64,000 nt of DNA from Mytilus californianus (lineage: Eukaryota). The notes under the pieces are model-generated. The model ran no database searches, had not been told where the DNA came from, and saw nothing but the letters and a program-made list of their open reading frames with translations. Made by a program: the position numbers and the translations under genes. Where the stretch lies: assembly GCF_021869535.1 (NCBI RefSeq), contig NW_026262679.1, forward strand, positions 90,396,001-90,460,000, read 5' to 3'. Numbering within the stretch: position 1 is the first letter of the stretch; every line of letters begins with the position of its first letter. Of the stretch, positions 59,501 through 64,000 are shown piece by piece.

Positions 59501-61721
59501 ACTTTAGTTTGTCTCAACCAAATGTTATAAAACTTATACACAACCGTTCTAGAGTTATGCGTGTTTACAAGTTGAAAAATTGCTGAATTTTTAGTTTCTG
59601 TTCTCTACTTAAGTTAGCCTCAACCAAATGTTATGAGACTCACACACAATGATTATTACCACAAAACTCAGATCAAGTTCAAATTTGGGTAGCGTCACTT
59701 TTACCGTTCTTCAGTTATGTCCCTTTATAACTAAATGATATGCAAGCGGGGGCATCATCTGTGTCCACATGTGGACACTATCCACATTTATTTCTATTTA
59801 CATGTATGAAATTCAATTTTTTTGTCTTACCTATGATAGTAGTACATGTAGTATGGCATTATACTTTCTGGCGTTGGACACAGTGCAGGTGGAATTGTCA
59901 CGATGTCACAGAAGCAAGGGTTAAAATCCCGCTGAGGGAAGAAAAAAATTTGCGAACGCAAATTTACAGATCTAACATTGTTGGGCTAAATTTGAGACGA
60001 ATTATATATATATTATGGTGTTAGCCCTGTATAATTTTGGATTATCCAATGGAGAATGTCTGTCATAAAGTTGTCACATGCTTAGATGTAAATATATATT
60101 CTTCTTTTTAATGTAAAGAAATTTTACAGTGATGATATTCTTGATTATGTACTGGTAAGAATAATGCCAAAGAAACAAGGATCAGGACATCCAAGGTTTT
60201 CCCTTTATCTGTCATCGCAGCTTATGTATGGAGTTATCAGGGTATATAAAAGACAGAATGAATACCTTCTAGGTAAGCAAAACAAAATGTTTTTCATCTA
60301 CATAAAATTTAAGAATCATTATTGTCTTGCTTCTATGAAGTTGCAGAGGTTAGACTTAGGTGGGCTGTAACCGGTGGTGGGGGAGTCAACATTTGTTTGA
60401 TTAGGCAGTGCCATTTAAATTTTAACTCTGTATGAAGGTATCAAAATGACGAACAGGTATGTAAGACATATATCTGTGTCAACAGTTTATTGTTTATTGT
60501 ATATTTTTGCATATTCAGGATTAGAGTAACAGAAATTTAGGCTAGTTTGTAGTCAAAAAGCCTGCTTGTTCCCTGGAGAGCTTTTAAATTGGTGAAAATT
60601 AAAAAAAAATATGTTGGCCAAAATTTCTATACTATTACTATACATGCCACCTCAATCTCCTGGGAAATTCCAATACTGATGCTAATTAAGAGTATAGTAA
60701 TTGAAAAATAGAGAAATGTTTCCAATTACCACACCGAGTCCCTTGTTTTACAAGACTTTATTTGTGGTTGTTTGAATAAACAATTCGGAATTGTTTCTGA
60801 CCTTTCAAAATCTGATCTTTTAATTGCATAGCATTTTCTATGGGATTAAACACACTTTTTCTAGTGTTATTGATGTGTAAACTGAGGTGATTAACTTACA
60901 AACTGAATAAAAATCAGACGGACTTTTATGTTAAACTTGTGAGTCAACCACCAAGTAAATATATCAAACTAGTGTGTTCAAACAATAAAAGCATGAACAA
61001 AGAATGTAAAAATGTGAACAAAGAATATAAACTAATGTGAACAATAACTTTACTAATAACTTAAATCTAGGAGAACAAGATTTATTTATTAGTTGTAATT
61101 GGCTAAGCCGCTTTGAACTAGCCTTCAGTTACTGCAAGTACTCTTCCTTCAGTGCTGTGTGACTATTGTTTTTATGTTTATCTTAGTTGTTTTGTTCCTT
61201 GTACCCATCTTTTAAGTTAAGCCAATTTCGACTGATTTTCAAAGTTTGTTCAAATATTGTGTTGTCCCAAGTAAGGGGAGGATTGAGCGCTCACAAACAT
61301 GTTTAACCCTGTCATTCCAAATGTGCCTGTCTCAAGTCAGGAGCCTGTATTTCAGTGGTTGTCTTTGATTCATTTCTGTCATATTTTTTTTTCGTAAATT
61401 GTATTGCTATGAATTAGGCCGTAAGTTTTCTTGTTTGAATTGTTTCACATTTTTTCATGTCAGGGCCTTTTACAGTATGGGTTTTCCTCTTTTTTGAAGG
61501 CTGTGCAGTGGCCTATAATTGCTTACATCCGCTTCCTTTGAACTCTGGGGATAGTTGTCGCATTAGCAATCATACCACATCTCCTAATTTTTTGAAAGAA
61601 TAAAAAATAACTAATGTGAACAAGAACTTATTTTTATTGCAGATGATGTGACTAATTTCTTCTGTAAGATGAGAATTGCTGTGGCCAATCTTGAGGAGAT
61701 TGATCTGAAAGCCATGAATAG
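56518..61721 (+). CDS. REC8: Meiotic cohesin kleisin REC8, 5' part, join(56518..56573,56765..56833,60130..60272,61643..61721,...), continuing beyond the window
   Basis: MFYHQSILQRRGGKFGTVWLAATKIDQLKRRDFSAVNIRRTCDDILDYVLVRIMPKKQGSGHPRFSLYLSSQLMYGVIRVYKRQNEYLLDDV... is a Rad21/Rec8 N-terminal domain with REC8-type signatures (WLAAT, PRFSLYLS.QL..GVIRVY) rather than RAD21 (WLAAHW). GT-AG junctions with consistent phases. Confidence 0.93.
57352..57880 (+). mobile_element. Diverged HINE family 2 copy (about 2 monomers) in a REC8 intron
   Basis: ATGCCCCCAC...GGGGGGCATCAGTGTCCCATGGACA ends, with homology to the 161-bp monomer. Confidence 0.7.
58043..59791 (+). mobile_element. HINE family 2 with a tandem 161-bp-type array (about 11 full or truncated monomers) in a REC8 intron
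   Basis: Subterminal inverted repeats ATGCCCCCGC (58046) and GCGGGGGCAT (59746), 5' hairpin, (GTAC)n/(GTCC)n microsatellite and 3' palindrome GTGTCCACATGTGGACAC. TCCGTTCTCTAACTT recurs at 58150, 58311 and 58472. Confidence 0.88.
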
Positions 61722-62640
61722 GTAACTTTAATGGTGATGGATGGAACTAAACTTTATTTTACATATGTATATATAATATTCAAGTACATATATTCTTAAG
61801 ATAAGCACACTCAGATGTTTATACAAAATGTTGACCTATCATTTTTTTTGCCCATGTCTCTGCCAATTAGTAACATATTCCAAGGTTTATTCTGGAGATC
61901 ATCAGTTATGCACTGAATCTTTTATGTCCCGCCTAGGATATTATGTTCCAGGTGTGTGTGTGTCTGTCCATCCTTTAGTCCTTACTGTATCAGGTTCAAG
62001 GTTCAATGAACATGGACTTGTAGTGTATATTATCAGGTTAAAGTTTTTGGATAAGGTAATTTACCATAAAGTTGTCACAAATATTATTAAGTTTAGTACA
62101 CATGTTCATTATTTGTTCATTTGTGGGTAAAGGGAAACCACAAATTTAAAGTGGTAGGGGCAATAAGACCCTTATTTGGCCCAATTATTAGTGCAAATCA
62201 TAAAGTTAATATAAATGTTCTTAAATTTGTTCTTACTATACTGAGGTACAAGGTGTTTAGAAAATAAAAACGTATTATTTAGGTATATATATTTGATCGG
62301 ACATGTATGTGTGTACCCAAGAAACAACTTTATATTTGGTTAGATTATGTAAACAACTTTAATAAATCTTCTGTTGAATTATTGTATTGTTTCTTGTCTG
62401 TGCACAATGTTTCCAGAAAGGAACTTATGATTGATAACTGCATTTATTATATAACTATAAATTTTTTGTTTTCTCATTGGCTAAAAGCCGAGGAAATCCT
62501 CTTTGATAAAACATTATATTCACCGCGGCAAAAATTACGAGACATTAATATAAGATTTAGAACAGCGTCCGTGTACCTAAATATAGATATTCCAAGGCAA
62601 CTTCAATAACGTAGGTTTATGACATCCTGTTAATTCCCGT

Positions 62641-63480
62641 TTTTTAGCTCACCTAGCATCACTTGGCGTCTGTCATTAACTTTTACAAAAATCTTCTCCT
62701 CTTAAACTACTGGGCCAAATTTATCTTAACTTGGCCACAATCATCATTGGGGTATAAAGGTTTAAAAAAATGTGTCCGATGACCCTGCCTGCCAGCCAAG
62801 ATGGCTGACATGGCTAAAATTAGAACATAGGGGTAAAATGCAAGTTTTGTCTACAATTTTGAAAACCGTTATAAATAGAGAAAATCTGAGAAGGGCAAAA
62901 ATGTTGAGAATGTTGTGTTCTATCAAATGTTCACTTCGTCAAGACAAATATTACCTTTTTTTTTCATTTTTGCCTATTATCTTGAAAACTATAATAGATA
63001 GGGAGAAACTTTAAAAGCAAAAATGATCAGCAAGACAAATTTTACAATTAAATCTGCATGGTAGAAATTGTCAGTCGACTTCTTGTTAGAGTTATTGCCC
63101 TTTGATGACGATTTTTACCAATTTTCCGTTTTTGCCTTGTGTCTTAAAAATTATAATAGAAAGATAGAAACTTAAATAAGCAAAAATGATCAGCAAGACA
63201 AGATCTACGATTTGGAAAATATGGAGGAAATCGTCTGACAACTCCTTATTGGAGTTATTGCCCTTTATGGCGATTGTTACCATATTTTTGCGTTTTGCTT
63301 TATATAATAAACATTATAATAGATAAATATACAATTTAAATCACAAAAATGATCAGCAAGGCAAGATCTACTAACAAGTCAAATTTTGAAGATATAGCTA
63401 TTAGACTGTCACTCTTTATAGGAGTGATTGCCCTTAAATGAGGATTCTTTTACCCTCTTTTGTGTTTTGAGCAAAAACTA
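62641..63480 (+). mobile_element. Older, diverged HINE family 1 copy with tandem monomers of about 163 bp
   Basis: TTAGCTCACCT start with the hairpin deleted and homology to 281-781. AATGATCAGCAAG recurs at about 63022, 63185 and 63348. Related fragments lie at about 18905-19120 and 31760-31985 (minus strand). Confidence 0.7.
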
Positions 63481-64000
63481 AGGAAGAAAGAGGTGTATTT
63501 TTTCTCTTCTTCTTGTTTTCGGTGTATTTTTTTTTAGCAAACTTTATTGAATATTTCAACTTATGAAAATCAGCAACTGCAAAAGCAGATGATATATTTA
63601 GTATAAAAACAGGGAGCAGTTTTAAAAGTATCTTGAGCAAATACTAGAAAATTGGAGAAGGATAAAAAGTCATATAATAAAACAATTGGCCTCAGTGAAT
63701 ATCATATCTCTGGGGTTGATAAATCATTGTATCAACCTCATCAGAAGTCAATAATTGTATAAAATTAAGCAGTTTTCTAGTTTTTGTGAAAAAGGTGCGT
63801 ATAATGACATAAATGTTATTCATTTACATTTCTTGATCTTATGCACAATGCCCCTTCTCCTTTGTGGTTTCCCTATACTCGTGAAATAAATGAAAAATAA
63901 ACATGTGCCCTATATAAATACTGTGAATTCATTATTATAAATTGGAGTTCTTAATTTAATGATGTTCATGTGTATAGGTGAACCACAACTATCATAAAGA

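Overview
AT-rich, intron-rich animal genomic DNA. The repeat landscape points to a bivalve, most likely a mytilid mussel (inference from repeat types, not a database hit). Four spliced genes were reconstructed by hand with GT-AG junctions and consistent phases: an ARL10/ARL9-like small GTPase with an N-terminal membrane anchor (+, 8457-13668, 225 aa); a PCED1/FAM113-like SGNH-fold protein with a long N/Q/H-rich tail (-, 22547-17741, about 504 aa); DUSP11/PIR1 RNA 5'-triphosphatase (-, 53785-34527, 10 coding exons, about 371 aa); and the 5' part of meiotic kleisin REC8 (+, from 56518, continuing beyond the window), head-to-head with DUSP11. The rest is a dense transposon mosaic: three non-LTR RT remnants, tRNA-derived SINEs, several TIR MITEs (TTAA, TA, 5-bp and 8-bp TSDs) and many non-autonomous Helentron-like elements (HINEs) carrying tandem arrays of about 160-170 bp monomers. 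The most notable structure is one HINE shell carrying interchangeable satellite cargo: a 20-copy 166-bp array forming a young trimeric higher-order repeat in a DUSP11 intron, and a 500-bp unit that is itself an old diverged trimer of homologous monomers. Most short ORFs in the supplied track are spurious.
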